A stretch of DNA of 64,000 nucleotides from Leucoraja erinacea (taxonomy: Eukaryota). A program made the position numbers and the translations under genes. A model generated the notes under the pieces. It was not told the origin of the DNA. It saw only the letters and a list, made by a program, of their open reading frames with translations, and ran no database searches. Of this stretch, positions 1-14,350 are shown piece by piece (the first letter of the stretch is position 1; each line of letters starts with the position of its first letter). Location of the stretch: assembly GCF_028641065.1 (NCBI RefSeq), contig NC_073401.1, positions 22,196,001-22,260,000 on the forward strand, read 5' to 3'.

Positions 1-116
1 TTTAACGTTCTAATCAAATCTTGACTATGCCAATTGTACTGGTAGAAATGTGTGATGTTTTATAGTAATTATTATATCCATCACAATGAATATAACATCC
101 AGTAGACGATCCTTAC

Positions 117-168
117 CTCACCAGTGGTTGGATGGGTTCCAAATTTCTTTATCCATGGAATGATGGAC
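117..168 (-). CDS. PPIL2: PPIL2 coding exon 5 (SIIPWIKKFGTHPTTGE)
   Basis: Acceptor tctgtag, donor gtaagg; 52 nt. Confidence 0.95.
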
Positions 169-3100
169 CTACAGAAAATAGCCATGAAATTTTACAGTGA
201 AATTCAAAGATTTTTTAAACGTAGACTGCCTATTGCATCAAATACTTCAAAAGTAGTCTCACTGATAACCTCCGACACTTTTATTTATTTTTTAATCCTG
301 AAAAATACAGTGCATCTCTGACTATGTGAACATAAAGGCAGGATCACCAACCAACGTTAACCCATTACTCCTTCTTTCAGAATTTGTTAAAATCCTTTAT
401 CTATCTAGCAATTACTGTTTCTGATATTTCCAGTTCTATGTTTATTAAATTATATGTAAAACAACTGACATGACCTCCTTTCTTAATCCCATTTGTTTAC
501 GCTTTGTTAATTGATCCATTACTAAGGGAACATCCATATTCTCAAATCGATTTTTCTGCAGAGGTGGGAAAAGAGGCAGTAGTGGGGCATCAACAAATCT
601 TCACAATGCCAAGAATCATCTTGGTTGGTCAACTTTGTCATCTTTCAACACCGATAATTTAGTAATTTAGGGTGATTAGAATTCCTTTGATTTGTACTCT
701 GTTGTCTACTAACACAATCTCTTTCTCAATCATTATGTATGTTTCATATATTCCGCCTGCTGGTTCTTTACTAAAATAACATTAGACAACTTCTATCTGA
801 AGAGTTTGCTTATTTTCATCTTCTATAGGCAAACTGGAAAAGTTCCACATGCATCTGAACTCAGCCTGAACTTGTGCCATTAACCAATATACCTTCCAAA
901 ATTAGATCCATTCTGCTGTTCATAACTAGTTCTTAATTGCCAATTAGGTTAAATTATCATTGAAAATAATTGTAGCTATCTTATTCATTGCATTTTCAAA
1001 GTAGACCAGAGTGTTAAAGATATGATCATACCTATTGAATATATGCTGTATTTTACTTAGTTAATGTCCCGCTGCATGTTCACAAAGGCACTGGGCTTGA
1101 AATATAGCAATCCAATTAAAGTTCAGTAGAGGGCACTGCAACAGAGCTTGTCTGTCGTTGCAATGGCTTAAAAAATATGAATTTATCCAGTCTGTTCAGT
1201 GTATTTATTGCATACACACATTAAGTCCATTGGATTGTCTGACCTTTCTTAGACACTGGAAGGTTTAAATAAGTGTAATTTTCCTGCTGCAGGGGCAAAC
1301 TCAGTCCTTCCCAATTCTAGGAACACTGCAATGTGTGGCCTTACTGGTGACAGCACATCAGTAAGTGAAGAAAGATTCATTGCCGCTAGAGTTCTGAGAC
1401 AGCAAAACCAAGCAGCCAGAAATTGTAAACAGCAAGAGTAACGAAGCTCAGCCAGCAATGGTTTACTGCTGGCAAGCTCGGATGATGCTTCACATAGGAA
1501 AAGTTCACCTCGCTATCTGTTCAGAACCAGACCAACCTGTTATACATTTCTAAGATTTTCTGATGTTCATTTAGATTTCCAGCACCGTTTCTTTATTGTT
1601 ACCTTCCATTTTAATGCTGAGTCAATTCTGCCTGTGATCCATGAGCCAAATATATCACACAACCTTTATGAAAGATTCCAATTAAAATTAAAAAAACACA
1701 ACCAGGCAATTTAACTCTCGTACTTTACAAATGCTTGGGACAAAAAGCTATTGGGATAGTTACATTTCTATCTTCATAATTCACGAGTGGCAAATATTAA
1801 GCAATTACTTTTAAACTAATTCTTCTGTGCATGGAATTATCTTTTCATGGCATTCTTGAGCTGAATTGAGAATAGTAGAAGGCAGGTAAATACAGTGCAA
1901 GATAGCAAACTGTTATCTTACTGTGACCCTGACCTTTAATTATTGTGGTTACTTAAAAATGTTAGAACCTGGTTTGATTTTTTGGGTTACTTCAATGAAG
2001 ACAGACAGAGATTTAAAAAAAATTTACTCCAAGAATCCCACTACAAAGCCGAGGAGCAGAAAGTTATACAGTTAAATGGTTTCGGCCCGAAATGTTGCCT
2101 ATTTCCTTCGCTCCGTAGATGCTGCCTCACCCGCTGAGTTTCTGCAGCATTTTGTCCACCTTCGATTTTCCAGCATCTGCAGTTCCTTCTTAAACAGTTA
2201 CATGCCCGCTGCCTTGAGGAGGTGGAAGTAGAGATGAGATCATGTTTCTACATTGAGCTGGACTGTGTAACTCATTGATCAAGCTCTGGACATTCTTCAA
2301 TTATTGTAATAGTTCCTGATTGTGTCCTGTAGCTCTATTTTACTTAGTGTTCTACATATTACGAGTTTATATCAGCCAGCTATTCAAATCAAATTTCAGC
2401 TCCTCCACCACCAACCTGGTCTGTCTTCACAGAGTTTGAACTAAGCTAAAGCCATAAAGATTTGCCCAAATTCACAAGCAAGTTTTATTGTCGCACACCA
2501 GTTACTGCATATTGCATCAATGCATTAAATATGAATTGTATTGGGAATCATCGTATAAAACTGCACATAATATGCTATAACACATTGAAAACACATTTTC
2601 AGTTGCCATTTCCTCTCATGGTCTGTGGGCATGTAAGCTGGGGCAGAGGGTAGGGAGCAAGCTGAATAATAATAAGCCTTCATACTCACAGGAGATCGAA
2701 CACCATTCCATCAGGTGTACACACTGGGTACTCAAAGGGTTGAAGGGACAAACTGCAAACGAAAGCAGCAATAATGCAAGCAAAATCAGACAAAGTGCTA
2801 TAAGGCTATTACTCTTCAAGTGGCACACCAAAAACAAACAGATCATTCAAAAGTGAGACTGCAAAGATGCTTTAAAAGTGTTCATTGTGAATCGTTTAAG
2901 CTGTGTACATACAGGCTTATTTAGAGAATAAATTCCAATGCTGACAATGATGGAAGGTAATAAGGCTTTCTGTGTGGAAACACTGTGTGGAACTGCATAA
3001 CAAAGCCTACTCGCTCGCTTATTAATTTTTTGCGTCACGATTAAAGTCTGGAATTAAATGACATGAACTGCAGTATCTAATTTGGCTAAATCTGTAGATG

Positions 3101-6100
3101 TATATTATTTCATTGTTTTAAACAAATATTTATTTAAAAATCAATAAACCAACGAAAAGCTAGGATTCTGAATGTATAGGTTATTATTAAAGAGGCCACC
3201 ACATTATTTTCAGCAATGGATTCAGGCTTGTATTTTTAACACTTTCTGTTAATCATATTGAGGATGAATGATTTACAATTTTGGTGAACGGTTCAATTTC
3301 CATCCGCAGTTTAAGAAATCCACTGGCAAAACTAAATGTAGAAGTGAAATAGGAACAGGTAAAAGGCTGAAAATATCCCACAAACACTCAGCTCCTAAAT
3401 TCACAATAGATTCAAAGATGAACAAGAAAATGCAACACATATCCTCCATACCGAAGTAATAAGCGATCATAACATCAGACACTAAAATACAGAAGGCCGC
3501 AGTTTCAATAAGTGAAGTGAAAATATTGGAAAATAAGATGGTGATATGAAATGTAATAAACATTTGTAGGACACAAAATCAGCGTGAAGAATGCACACAA
3601 TTTATTTGTGTGGTTTTAAATGTTCCCAAGGAATCTGCAATATATTTTGAGGGAGAAAGCACAATAAGTCTTTTAGAGAATGTCTAAGCCAAAAATAAAA
3701 GTGCTGGAAATAAAATACAATGACATCAAATACTTTTAACATAAACTGTGCAAAGCTTTCAACAGAATTATTCTAACTTGCATATTGCTAAGCCATCTGC
3801 AGTTTAATTTTACTGCGTTAATAATGTCATTAATTTTTAGGAACTGGGCCTGTACTCACTGGAGTTTAGAAAGATGAGGGGACACCTCATTGCAACTTAC
3901 AGAATAGTGAAAGGCTTGGATAGAGTTGATGTGGAAAGGATGTTTCTCATTAGTGAGAAAGTCTAGGACTAGAGGTCGTAGTCTCAAAATTAAATGATGT
4001 GGAATTTCTTTAGTCAGAGGGTGGTGAATGTAGAATTCTTTGCAACAGAAGGCTGTGGGAGCCGTCAATTTTTAAGGCAGAGATAGATAGATTCTTGATT
4101 TGTACGGGTGCCAAGATTTATGGAGGGGGAAGGCAGGAGAATAGGGTTCGGAGGGAGAGATAGATCAGCCATGATTGAATGGCACAGTGGACCTGATGGG
4201 CCAAATGGCTTAATTGTGCTCCTATCACTCACGACCTTATTATACAATATTTCATATAAACTTATGGTACAATATAGCAATAGGATACCCTTACCTGCAG
4301 TGATCAAAAGGTAAACGGCGGAAGTTGGCTTGTGGAATAACTGCAGGACAGAAGAAATTGTATTTTTGATGCAAATCAAACCTGTTCATATAAATCTAAA
4401 ATCTAATTATAATCTATATAGTGGAGGAGCAGAACATCTGCTGAGTAAGGCTTTTGCACTTGACTATAGCCTGTACTGAGCAGATAAATTGTGTGTCATC
4501 AACATCTGATCCCGTCACTTTGGCACCGCAAGGTAGCCCTAGATAGTTACCCAAGTCCATCACCACTGAAATCGGGTGAAGACAAACAGAATAACTATGC
4601 CGGATCATCAAAATGGTCAGTTTTCTTTAGGCACATGGGGATTTTTTTTCCTGAAACAAAATCTGATATAAATATTATATGGTCTCCAATATACTTGCGC
4701 TCAACATGACAACAGGCAAGTCCTGAATATCAGATCAGAATGCACTGAATGCACATATAATGCAGATGCTGAAACAAGAAGCAAATAATACACCGCTGGA
4801 AGAACACTGAGTCATGCAGCATCTGTGGAGGAAAATGGTTTAAGATGCATTAAGATGCATCTTCTCACAGGTTCTCAACCCGAAATATCAAACCTTCCTT
4901 TGCCAGCCCTGATGCAGGTCTCAACCGGAAATAATCATCCTTTTGTCCTCACGGATGCTACTTGATCAAATGAATTCCTTCAGCCACTGTTCTAGCAGCG
5001 CATTTGGAAAGCAGTGACAGGATCGGTCAAAGTCAGCATGGATTTATGAAGCGGCTTAAATGGAAATAATGCTTGACTAATCTTCTGGAATATTTTGAGG
5101 ATGGAACAAGTAGAATGAATAAGAGAGAGCCAGTGGATGTGGTGTATCTGGACTTTCAAAAAGCCTTTGACAAGGTCCAATACAAGAGATTAGTGTGCAA
5201 AATGAGGGCATATGGTATTGGTGGTAGGGTATGGACATTGATAGAGAACTGGTTGGTAGACAGGAAGCAAAGAGCAGGAATTAAAGGCTCCTTTACAGAA
5301 TGGCAGGCTGTAACTAGGGTGCCGCAAGGCTCAGTGCTAGGACCCAGTTATTTATATTATATACTGACGATTTAGACAAAGGAATCAAATGTAACATCTC
5401 CAAGTTTGCGGATGACACAAAGCTGGGTGGCAGTGCAAGGAGGATGCTATGAGGATGCAGGGTGATTTGGACAGGTTGGGTGAGTGGGCAGATGCACTCA
5501 CAATAATGTGGATTAATGTGAGGTTATCCACTTTGTACATCAGTCACTGAAAGTACGCATGCAGGTAAAGCGGGCGGTGAAGAAAGCAAATGGCATGTGA
5601 CAGGATTTGAGTACAGGAGCAACGAGGTCCTACTGCAGTTGTACAGGGCCCTGGTGAGACCACATCAGGTACATGAGATGCACCAGTGTGCAGTTTTGGT
5701 CTCCTAATTTGAGGAAGGACAGCCTCGCTATTGAGGGAGTGCAGTATAGGTTCACCAGGTTAATTCCCGGGATGGCGGGACTGACATATGATGCAAGAAT
5801 GGATCGGCTGGGCTTATATTTACTGGAATTCAGAAGGATGAGAGGATATCTGATAAAAACATAAAATTCTTAAGAAATTGGACAGGTTACATGCAGGAAA
5901 ATTGTTCCCGGTGTTGGGGGAGTCCAGAACCAGAGGTCACAGTTTAAGATTAAGGGGTAGGCCATTTAGGACTGGGATGAGGAAAAGCTTTTTCACCCAG
6001 AGTTGTGCATCTGTGGAATTCTCTGTCATGGAAGGCAGCGGAGGCCAATTCACTGTTTTCAAGAGAGAGTTAGATATAGCCAACAAGCTAACGGAATCAA

Positions 6101-9100
6101 AGGATATGGGGAGAAATCGGGAACGGGGTACTGATTTTGGATGATCAGCCATGATCGTATTGAATGACAGTGCTGGCTCGAAGGGTCGAATGGCCTATTC
6201 CTGCACCTACATTTTATGTTAATATGTTTCTATGTTTTTTAGACACTGAATGCATATTCCTTTCAAAGAAGGCTCCTAAACTGAAACATCCCCTATCCAT
6301 GTCTTCGAGGCGGTGCTGCCCCACCAGCTGAGTTAATCCAGAACCTTGTGTTATTTTTTGGAAACCAGTATCTGCAATTCTTTATTTCTCCAAAGAACAG
6401 ATAGGATGGACTTAATGGACTTATTCTATTCAACGAGCTGGTGACAATTTTCTTCCAACCTTACAAACAATGCAACATCTTGGTCTCTTTACAAGTTATC
6501 AACAAATATGTTTAGTATTTTGTTGCCTATCCTTTGCATGCAATGACTGCTTGAAGTCTGCGATTCATGGACATCACCAGTTGCTGGGTGTTTTCTCTGG
6601 TGATGTTCCGCCAGGCCTATATCGCAGCCATCTTGTAAAAAAAACAGCTGTAATTTCTACATGGTGAAACCAAAATGTGTAAAAATGTCCTTTAATAAAA
6701 TCTGACAATGTGCACTTTAACCACATGTGATTATCTTTTTTTCTATTACAAATCTCAAATTGTGGAGTACCGAGGCAAATAAATAAATGACGGGTCTTTG
6801 TCCCAAACATTATGGAGGGCACTGTGTATTAGAATTTTAACTTCAACACTTAGCTCGCCAAACTAATCCTATATGTGATGCCATGTATTGTAAATGGTGA
6901 TTATAACCACCTGTGTACAAAGTACTTATTTGGAACAAATTAGATTGCAGCAGCAGTAGAATATTCAGTAAATGGCAGAATAGTAAGCCCTTCAACATAC
7001 TTCATTAAAACATGTGCAAATCCTGTTCAATAATATTTTAGAACTTCACCAACAAATATTAACTGGAGTGAAAATATCTGTCATTGAGTACTCAGATATT
7101 CAAGCACCAGATCCAACGGCAATCTCAAAATCATAATAGCAACCTTAGGTTACCTTAGGTTACCTTAGTAAACAAAAAAATACATATCAAATAGATGAGA
7201 GAACCATCATTAAACTTGATTTTATCAGCAGGCACAACGTATCAGGAGGCAGCTCATCTGGATTCTTCCTCCTTAGTATATTACTATTTTTAAAATCACT
7301 GCAAGTGCCACTTCTGTGACACCTGCAGATGGTATTTCTCAAATTCAGGAAGGAAAGATGCTATCCAATTGCATGCAGCACCATCCTCTGTGCCATGGGC
7401 GGCACGGTGGTACAGTTGTTGCCTTACAGCGCCAGAGGCCCTGGTTCGATCCCGACTACAGGTGCTTCTCTGTATGGAGTTTGTACGCTCTCCCCAACGT
7501 GGGTTTTCTCCGAGATCTTCGGTTTCCTCCCACACTCTAAAGACGTACAGGTTTGTAAGTTAATTGGCTTGGTATGAATGTAAATTGTCCCTTGTGTGCG
7601 CAGGATAGAGTTAATGTGCGGGGATCACTGGGTGTCGGTGGACCGAAGGGCCTGTTTCGGCGCTGTATCTCTAAACTAAACTAATCTCACCAGAGCTGAT
7701 GCCACTTCCTGCTGAGCACATCAAGTTCAATGGTCAATAACTGATTTCAAGGAATTTCAAACCCGCATTGCTCAGTTCCATTCTTAATTTAAGTACACAT
7801 TTACTAAAAACTTAAACGACTGCCCCATAGCAAGGACTTTATAGTCCAAATATACTTAGGAAATTTATACAGATCTGTAAGCAGTACCCCTTCTGTGAAC
7901 ACGTTAACAAAAATCTCAAATCACATCTTTACTATCAATCAACCTTCCTACCTACCTGTTTTCTTGCCACCATAGAAGTTAGTATACTCTGTACAAGTGA
8001 TGTACCTGCAAAAGAAAAGTCAATCTCAGTACAAACACTGCAACTACATAAAGAGAAGCAGACTGAAATAAAGATATATGGCTGCCATTCACAGTCATAC
8101 TTATAAGCAACAAAAGCTAAAAAAATCTAAATTTCTGGTATACTAATTTGAATCCCGCACATGATGCAATGTGAACAAATCCATTGCCTTCAGGAAAAGA
8201 GGAAATGTTTTGCCTAGTTGGCATAACTATATCCAGCAACAAAGTACAATGTATTATTTCTTCAATCCTTCCTACCCACTTAATTTTGTCTTCAAAAGAG
8301 CATCCACGTTGTTTGCATGGTGATATATTCTAATTTTGGAATTGGACAAACTTAACTACCATGTGCAAGTTTCCACACAGATGGAAGACTCCTGGCCTGC
8401 ACCCATGATCAGATAGTGTCACTGTGATGCTATTTCACTGGCATACGTCTGGAGCAACACATTTTGGATGCATTAAACAATAATGTTAAAAAATTGGAGT
8501 AGGCAATTGGCCTTTCAAGTTTATTGAGATTATGTGGCCATACATTTAGATCATTATTGATCTTCTGCCTCATCACCATCTTCTTGTACTTTTGCTAAAT
8601 CACGCGATTCACCCAATATCTAATATGCCCTCAAAGTGATATACTCCACAACACTTGGATCCATTTGAATATTAACATTACACAATATCTGAGCATTAAA
8701 AACATGTTTTTGTTTTGTGCATCAGGAAGCAGTACTGTGCACTCTAATGCCTTAGAATTTCACTTTCCCTATGATCAGTCAATGAAAGTAAGCTTGCAGG
8801 TACAGAAGGCAGTGAAGAAAGTGAATGGCATGTTGGCCTTCATAACAAGAGTAGTTGAGTATAGGAGCAAAGTGGTCCTTCTGCAGTTGTACAGGGCCCT
8901 AGTGAGACCACACCTGGAGTATTATGTGCAGTTTTGGTCTCCAAATTTGAGGAAGGACATTCTTACTATTGAGGGAGTGCAGCATAGGTTCACAAGTTAA
9001 TTCCCGGGATGGCAGGACTGTCATATGCTGAGAGAATGGAGCGGCTGGGCTTGTATAATCTGACATTTAGAAGGATGCGAGGGGATCTTATTGAAACATA

Positions 9101-9697
9101 TAAGATTATTAAGGGTTTGGACACGGTAGAGGCAGGAAACATGTTCCCGATGTTGGGGGAGTCCAGGGGCAACAGTTTAAGCCATTTAGAACGGAGATGA
9201 GGAAACACTTTTTCACACAGAGAGTGGTGAGTCTGTGGAATTCTCTGCCTCTGGAGGCAGGTTCACTGGATACTTTCAAGAGAGAGCTAGACGGGGCTCA
9301 TGAAGATAGCGGAGTCAGGGGATATGGGGAAAAGGCAGGAGCGGGGTACTGATTGTGGCTGATCAGTCATGATCACATTGAATGGCGGTGCTGGCTCGAA
9401 GGGCCGAATGGCCTACTGTCTATTGATCTGCCAGGGTAGCACACAAAATAACCTTCTACGAGGGTTGAAAGAAGTGACTGAGTTGACTGTAAAGATGGAT
9501 TTGAGCAGGAGTAAGAGAATTTGAAAAGTAGGAACTGTGCATTTCCCGGTGTTTCTGGCCATTTCTTAGCGTTTCTGTCCTTTCGTGGCTCTGCGGCCCT
9601 TCAGCAGCGCCGTTTACTGGGGAACTGTCTGTTCCCGGAGCCCAGGCCCACCCCCACTCACTCACATCTTATCCTTCTGATGCTGCCTCTTCCCCAT
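117..9697 (-). CDS. PPIL2: PPIL2 (U-box/cyclophilin E3 ligase, Cyp60), first five coding exons; gene continues beyond the window start
   Basis: Exons 9666-9697, 7956-8005, 4295-4340, 2690-2752 and 117-168 have GT-AG introns. They splice in frame to MGKRQHQKDKMYITCTEYTNFYGGKKTVIPQANFRRLPFDHCSLSLQPFEYPVCTPDGMVFDLLSIIPWIKKFGTHPTTGE, the conserved PPIL2 N-terminus and U-box start. Confidence 0.96.
2690..2752 (-). CDS. PPIL2: PPIL2 coding exon 4 (LSLQPFEYPVCTPDGMVFDL)
   Basis: Acceptor tttgcag, donor gtgagt; 63 nt. Confidence 0.95.
3838..4240 (+). mobile_element. CR1 3' fragment
   Basis: LGLYSLEFRKMRG-type DNA and the CR1 3' end. Confidence 0.8.
4295..4340 (-). CDS. PPIL2: PPIL2 coding exon 3 (VIPQANFRRLPFDHCS)
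   Basis: Acceptor cctgcag, donor gtaagg; 46 nt. Confidence 0.95.
4995..6236 (+). mobile_element. CR1-clade LINE fragment
   Basis: [33 protein letters not shown] and a CR1 3' tail (gaagggtcgaatggcct...tttctatg). Confidence 0.92.
6515..6825. mobile_element. Tc1/mariner-like non-autonomous fragment
   Basis: Ends in tgtcccaaacattatggagggcactg, a CAGTG-type terminal inverted repeat; the opposite TIR is not seen. Confidence 0.6.
7397..7684 (+). mobile_element. tRNA-derived V-SINE-like element (HE1-like)
   Basis: A/B-box-like head (ggcacggtggtacag...ggttcgatcc), central ggagtttgtacg...ttcctcccaca domain, LINE-derived tail ending (CTAAA)n. Older copies at about 16895-17140 (+), 18590-18815 (-) and 63730-63915 (-). 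Confidence 0.85.
7956..8005 (-). CDS. PPIL2: PPIL2 coding exon 2 (YITCTEYTNFYGGKKT)
   Basis: Acceptor ttttgcag, donor gtaggt; 50 nt. Confidence 0.95.
8776..9426 (+). mobile_element. CR1 3' fragment
   Basis: LQLYRALVRPHLEY..QFWSP, RMRGDLIETYKI and tail. Confidence 0.9.
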
Positions 9698-9870
9698 GTT
9701 GCCTGGAATAAGCTGCCGCACGCCCAGCAAACACCGTAAACAAAACCAAGTACAACGCCGGAAACAAAAATAGCTAAACTTCCTGCTAAAGTCGTGCGCT
9801 CGGAATAAACCGCCGGCTGGACCGGGCGTCCGGGGATGTTTGGGCCTCGTTGTGCTGGTCGAGGGGAAGC
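9540..9870 (-). promoter_or_regulatory. CpG-rich PPIL2 promoter / first-exon region
   Basis: Local CpG and GC enrichment around the PPIL2 ATG, with ETS-like CCGGAA/GGAA motifs, against CpG-poor flanks. Confidence 0.65.
9666..9697 (-). CDS. PPIL2: PPIL2 coding exon 1 (MGKRQHQKDK-M)
   Basis: ATG at 9697-9695 followed by the donor gtgagt; 32 nt. Confidence 0.95.
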
Positions 9871-10414
9871 TTAAAAACGTAACAGTGTTTATGGATCAGA
9901 TGCAGAGTGATAACCCTGGAACTTTGACAACCTGCTGCACTCAGGCCAGTTTAATATAACTTTGCATATAGGATCCCTTGTCCTAAATTGTTTTAACATG
10001 GCAAGAGGGGAAAGGTTTTGGATGCTTCAAGAATATAATGTAACAAAACCAGAACAGGAGCAAGCACAATTGGCCTTCACTGCTTGCTTGTCATTTATTG
10101 AGATCATGGTTGATTTTCTTTCTCAACATCATTTTCTTGTACTTTTGCCCAATCTCTCAATTTACCAAAGTGCCTCATTCTCAACACTTGGATATCTTTG
10201 AATACTAACATTACACGATCTCTGAACATGAAAAATAAAATTCCGGTTTTGTTTTGTACCTCAGGAAGCAGTAGAATTTCACCTCCCCTATTATCACAAA
10301 ACAGTTTTTCACTGTACCTTGGGTCCTGTAACAATAATATACCCTGAACTCATCAACTACAAAGTATGCTTCCTCTGAGAAAATAGCTTGAATATTAAAC
10401 ATACAGGGCATGAC

Positions 10415-10976
10415 TAGCATGTTTGCTGATGATACAAAAGTGAGACCACATTTAGAATATTGTGTTGAGTTCTGGGCACCATGTTATAGGAAAGATATTG
10501 TCAAGCTTGAAAGGATTCAGAAAAGATTTACGAGGGTGTTGCCAGGATTATAAGGAGAGGTTGAGTAGGCTGGGTCTCCATTACATGGAGCGCAGAAGGA
10601 TGAGGGGAGATCTTATAGAGGTGTACAAAATCATGAGAGGAATAGATCAGGTAGCTGCACAGAGTCTCTTGCCCAGTGGTAGGAGAATCTAGGACCAGAG
10701 GACATAGGTTCAAGGTGAAGGGGTAAAGATCTAGTAGGAATCTTTATCACAGTGGGTGGTGGGTCTATGGAACAAGCTGCCAGAGGAGGTAGTTGAAGCT
10801 GGGACTATCCCAATGTTTAAGACGCAGTTGGACAGATACATGGATAGGACAGGTTTGGAGGGACATGGACCAGGCGCAGGCAGGTGGGACTAGTGTAGCT
10901 GGGACATGTTGGTCGGTGTGGGCAAGTTGGGCCAAAGGGCCTGTTTCCACACTGTATCAATCTGTGACTCTAAAAC
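10415..10976 (+). mobile_element. CR1 (HER1-like) 3' fragment
   Basis: FADDT, RPHLEYC, RRMRGDLIEVYKIMRG; tail gggcctgtttccacactgta is shared with the local SINE. Confidence 0.85.
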
Positions 10977-11316
10977 TATTCACTGGAACTCAACTATACC
11001 TTCTTGCCGCATATACCAATTGACCTTGTTGATCCTAATTGGCCCTACTCTTTCCTTGATTATTCTTTTATCCTTAGGATACATAAAGCACCTTCTGATT
11101 TACCTTAATTTTGTCTGCCAGTATTTATTGTGATGCCTCTTTTCCTTTCTAATTGCATTTTTATATAATATTTAAATTATTGATTTTAATATTACATTGA
11201 TATTGATATTGATGGGTGCTTCCAACCTTTGATTCTCTATAGCTGCGTTGAGGGGATGGGCCCACTTGGTCTAGTATTATAGACCCAACGCGTCCCATTT
11301 GGTCTAGAACTGCTGC

Positions 11317-13261
11317 AATAATTTCAGTACGTAAGAAACCTGGTGCAAATCCCAACAATCTAATACATTTCCGACTAATCCCCAATTTGCCGTTTATCTC
11401 TAAAATACTAGAAAAAACAGTTGCTGCACAGGTTCATAATCATCTCATCAGCAATGACCTCGATGAACAATTTCAATCTGGTTTTCGCCCTCTCTATAGC
11501 ACAGAAACAGCATTAGTTAAGGTCACCAATGACCTGCTGATGATGGCCGACTCTGATTTTCTCACCATCTCATCCTCCTTGATTTGATTGCTGCCTTCGA
11601 CACCATCTCTCACAACATCCTCCTCGACCGTCTAGCCTCCATTGGTATCATCAACTTACCTTGCCTTGGAGGACTTACACAGTTCCCGCTGCACCAAAAA
11701 ATCCCAGAGTATCATAAAGGACATTTCCCACCCCGGACACTCCCTGTTTGAACTGTCGCCGTCAGGCAGACGGTACAGATCTACAAGGACAAGGACGAAC
11801 AGACTAAAAAACAGTTTTTACCCCACTGCTATAAAAGCACTAAATGTAGCCGCCAAGGAACGCAGGGGCGAGACATACTAAGGGAATGTGGTACACTGTG
11901 AAATCGACAGAAGGATGGAGGGTTGGGTGTTTATGCGTGCTATTTTCGTGATATTTATTTTAGTTGTTTATCTTTTAATATTTTATCTTGTATGTATCGT
12001 TAGCTTTTAGAAATGTTTGAATGGTGCACTGACTGGCTGACATTTTTTAAATTTCGTTGTACATGGTTCATGTTACAATGACAATAAAGAAACTATTCTA
12101 TTCTAACACATCACTCACCTGGTTCACATCATACCTCTCCGGCCGCAGTCAGTACAACTTAAAAATGTTCAATCACAACCCTCCCCAGTCATCAGTGGTG
12201 TTCCCCAGGGCTCAGTCCTAGGGCCCCTCCTTTTTATAATTTATTTACTTCCCCTTGGTTTTATTTTCAGGAAATACAACATTCAATTTCACTGCTACGC
12301 GGATGACACCCAGCTCTACCTATCCACCACTTCCATGCCATTTCCTCCCTCTTCCCTGTCTGACTGCTTAGTGGAAATTAAAACCTGGTTTGCTCACAAC
12401 TTCCTCAAACTCAACAGTGACAAAACTGAAATTCTCCTTGTTGGCTCCAAATCCACCCTATCTAAATGTCCCAATTTCTCACTCACCATTGACAATTCCA
12501 TAGTCCCTCCTTCCCCTCAGGTCAAGAGTCTGGGTGTCATCCTTGATAGCACACTTTCTTTTGAAAACACATCAATAATCTCACTCGGTCTGCTTACTTC
12601 CACATACGCACTTTCCACCGTCTTCATCCATCACCCACACCTAACAGCACTGCTACTCTCATCCACGCCCTCTTCACCTCCCGTATTGATTATTGTAACT
12701 CTCTCCTCTCTGGTTTACCCCACAAGTCCATCCATAAACTCCAATTGGTCCAGAACTCAGCTACCCGCATTATCACCAGAACCTCATCCACAGAACACAT
12801 CACTCCCATCCTCAAACAACTGCACTGGTTCCTTGTCCAATACAGAATTGATTTTAAGATTCTCCTCCTCACTTTCCGACCCCTCCACAATCTCGCTCCT
12901 CCATACCTCTCTGAACTCCTCCAGCCTTACACTCCATCCCGAACTCCCCGATCCTCTTCTTCCTCCCTGCTCTCCACTCCTTCTGTCTGCCTGTCCACGA
13001 TGGGGTTCAGAGCATTCAGCCGTTCTGCCCCTCGCCTCTGGAACTCTCTCCCACTATCCATCCATACCATAGAGTCTCTCCGCACCTTTAAAACCTCCCT
13101 CAAAACTCACCTATTCAGACTGGCCTATCCCACGTAACTCCACTTTCTATCAAATTCATGGATATGGTGTTTTTGTTTCATTTTATTTATATATTTGTAA
13201 TTTGCTTGTTTTAACTGTAAGGTGTCCTTGAGTGTTCTGAAAGGCGCCCATAAATAAAATG

Positions 13262-13311
<50 letters not shown>
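11317..13311 (+). mobile_element. L2-clade LINE, 5'-truncated, with (TTA)n tail
   Basis: RT segments [79 protein letters not shown]; frameshifted. Confidence 0.9.
11650..12104 (+). mobile_element. Rex1/Babar-like LINE 3' fragment nested in the L2
   Basis: IIKDISHPGHSLFELSPSGRRYRS..TNRLKNSFYPTAI, then AATAAA and a (TATTC)n tail; the L2 resumes afterwards. Confidence 0.8.
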
Positions 13312-13312
<1 letters not shown>

Positions 13313-13359
13313 CAAGGGGGGGTAGTGTGTGTGGGGTGGTTAGTGTGTGTGTGTGTTGA

Positions 13360-14350
13360 ATCAGGCTGATGAATCAGAATATGAATGGTACACGATAGCG
13401 CTACAATTTTTGGACCACCTTACTCACAATTGTCTTGTGGTGTGTTTTTATCAAGTTTCGTTCAGATTGATGTTATATTTTATGTAGGGGGAAGAGGTCG
13501 GGGGGGAGGTGGTGGGGGGGGGAAGTGGTCGGGGGGGAGGAGGAGGTTGGGGTGTCGGTGTAGCGCGGTCAGTGAGCAGACCGTCCCCAACTCTACTGCA
13601 ACTGATGTTGCCCGGAGCCGCGGCCCCACTTCACCCGGCCCCGCTCCACCCGGCCTGGTGTGTGGGCGCTGCCGACCCACAGCCACCGATAGTGCGGCCC
13701 ACAGGGGGAGACGGGGCGGAGGGCGGCTGTGGCTGGAAAGCGCTGACCCGGGGGGGGGGAGAGAGTGGGGGCTGTCCTGAGGGATGCGCTCCTTCGGCCG
13801 CTTACACCTTGGTGCTTAGGTTCAGAATAAAAAATATTAGAGCATTTGGTTCAGAGCGCTTAGTGACCCCAAAAAAATAACCTCACAATATTGCAATCAA
13901 ATTGCTCTGAGTTTGTGTTTGCTTTATATAGAGAAGGCGTATCGAGATGGTGCTGTCTGGACACAAGCGACAATGAATGCGGCTAATAGTCGCGGGTTGT
14001 AAAAAACAACTACACCATGAGATACACCAGTTTAAACCTGACACCTTCCCGCTTTCAATGACAGCACCCACAATTATTTACAGTGCAAAAATTGACCATT
14101 TCGGCGGTTTTTAACAGGGAAGAAAGTAGTCGTTTCGTGTGTTAACAGTGTGTGTCGAGCGAGCCATGTCCTCCATATGGATTGGCTCCATAGATGCTGC
14201 TGCACCCGCTGAGTTTCTCCAGCATTTTTGTGTACCTCCCTCAACCTGATCATTGACGCCGTCACGTGATGCGTTGGCCCCAGCGGTCGAGCAGGGATGA
14301 CTGGTGGCGGGGTGGCGGGGGTGTGTCAACGCGTCACAGGCTGTTTCCTC
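13360..14350. repeat. GC-rich probable interspersed repeat of unresolved class
   Basis: Abrupt GC and G-run composition adjacent to Helitron-like and Penelope pieces; no coding signature. Confidence 0.35.

Noticed and set aside
7397-7460. tRNA gene
   Set aside because: tRNA-derived SINE head with no full cloverleaf.
12335-13137. 245-aa and 130-aa ORFs as host genes
   Set aside because: Frameshifted pieces of the L2 ORF2.
13385-13880. Gly/Arg/Pro-rich ORFs
   Set aside because: Low-complexity GC-rich repeat with few stops.
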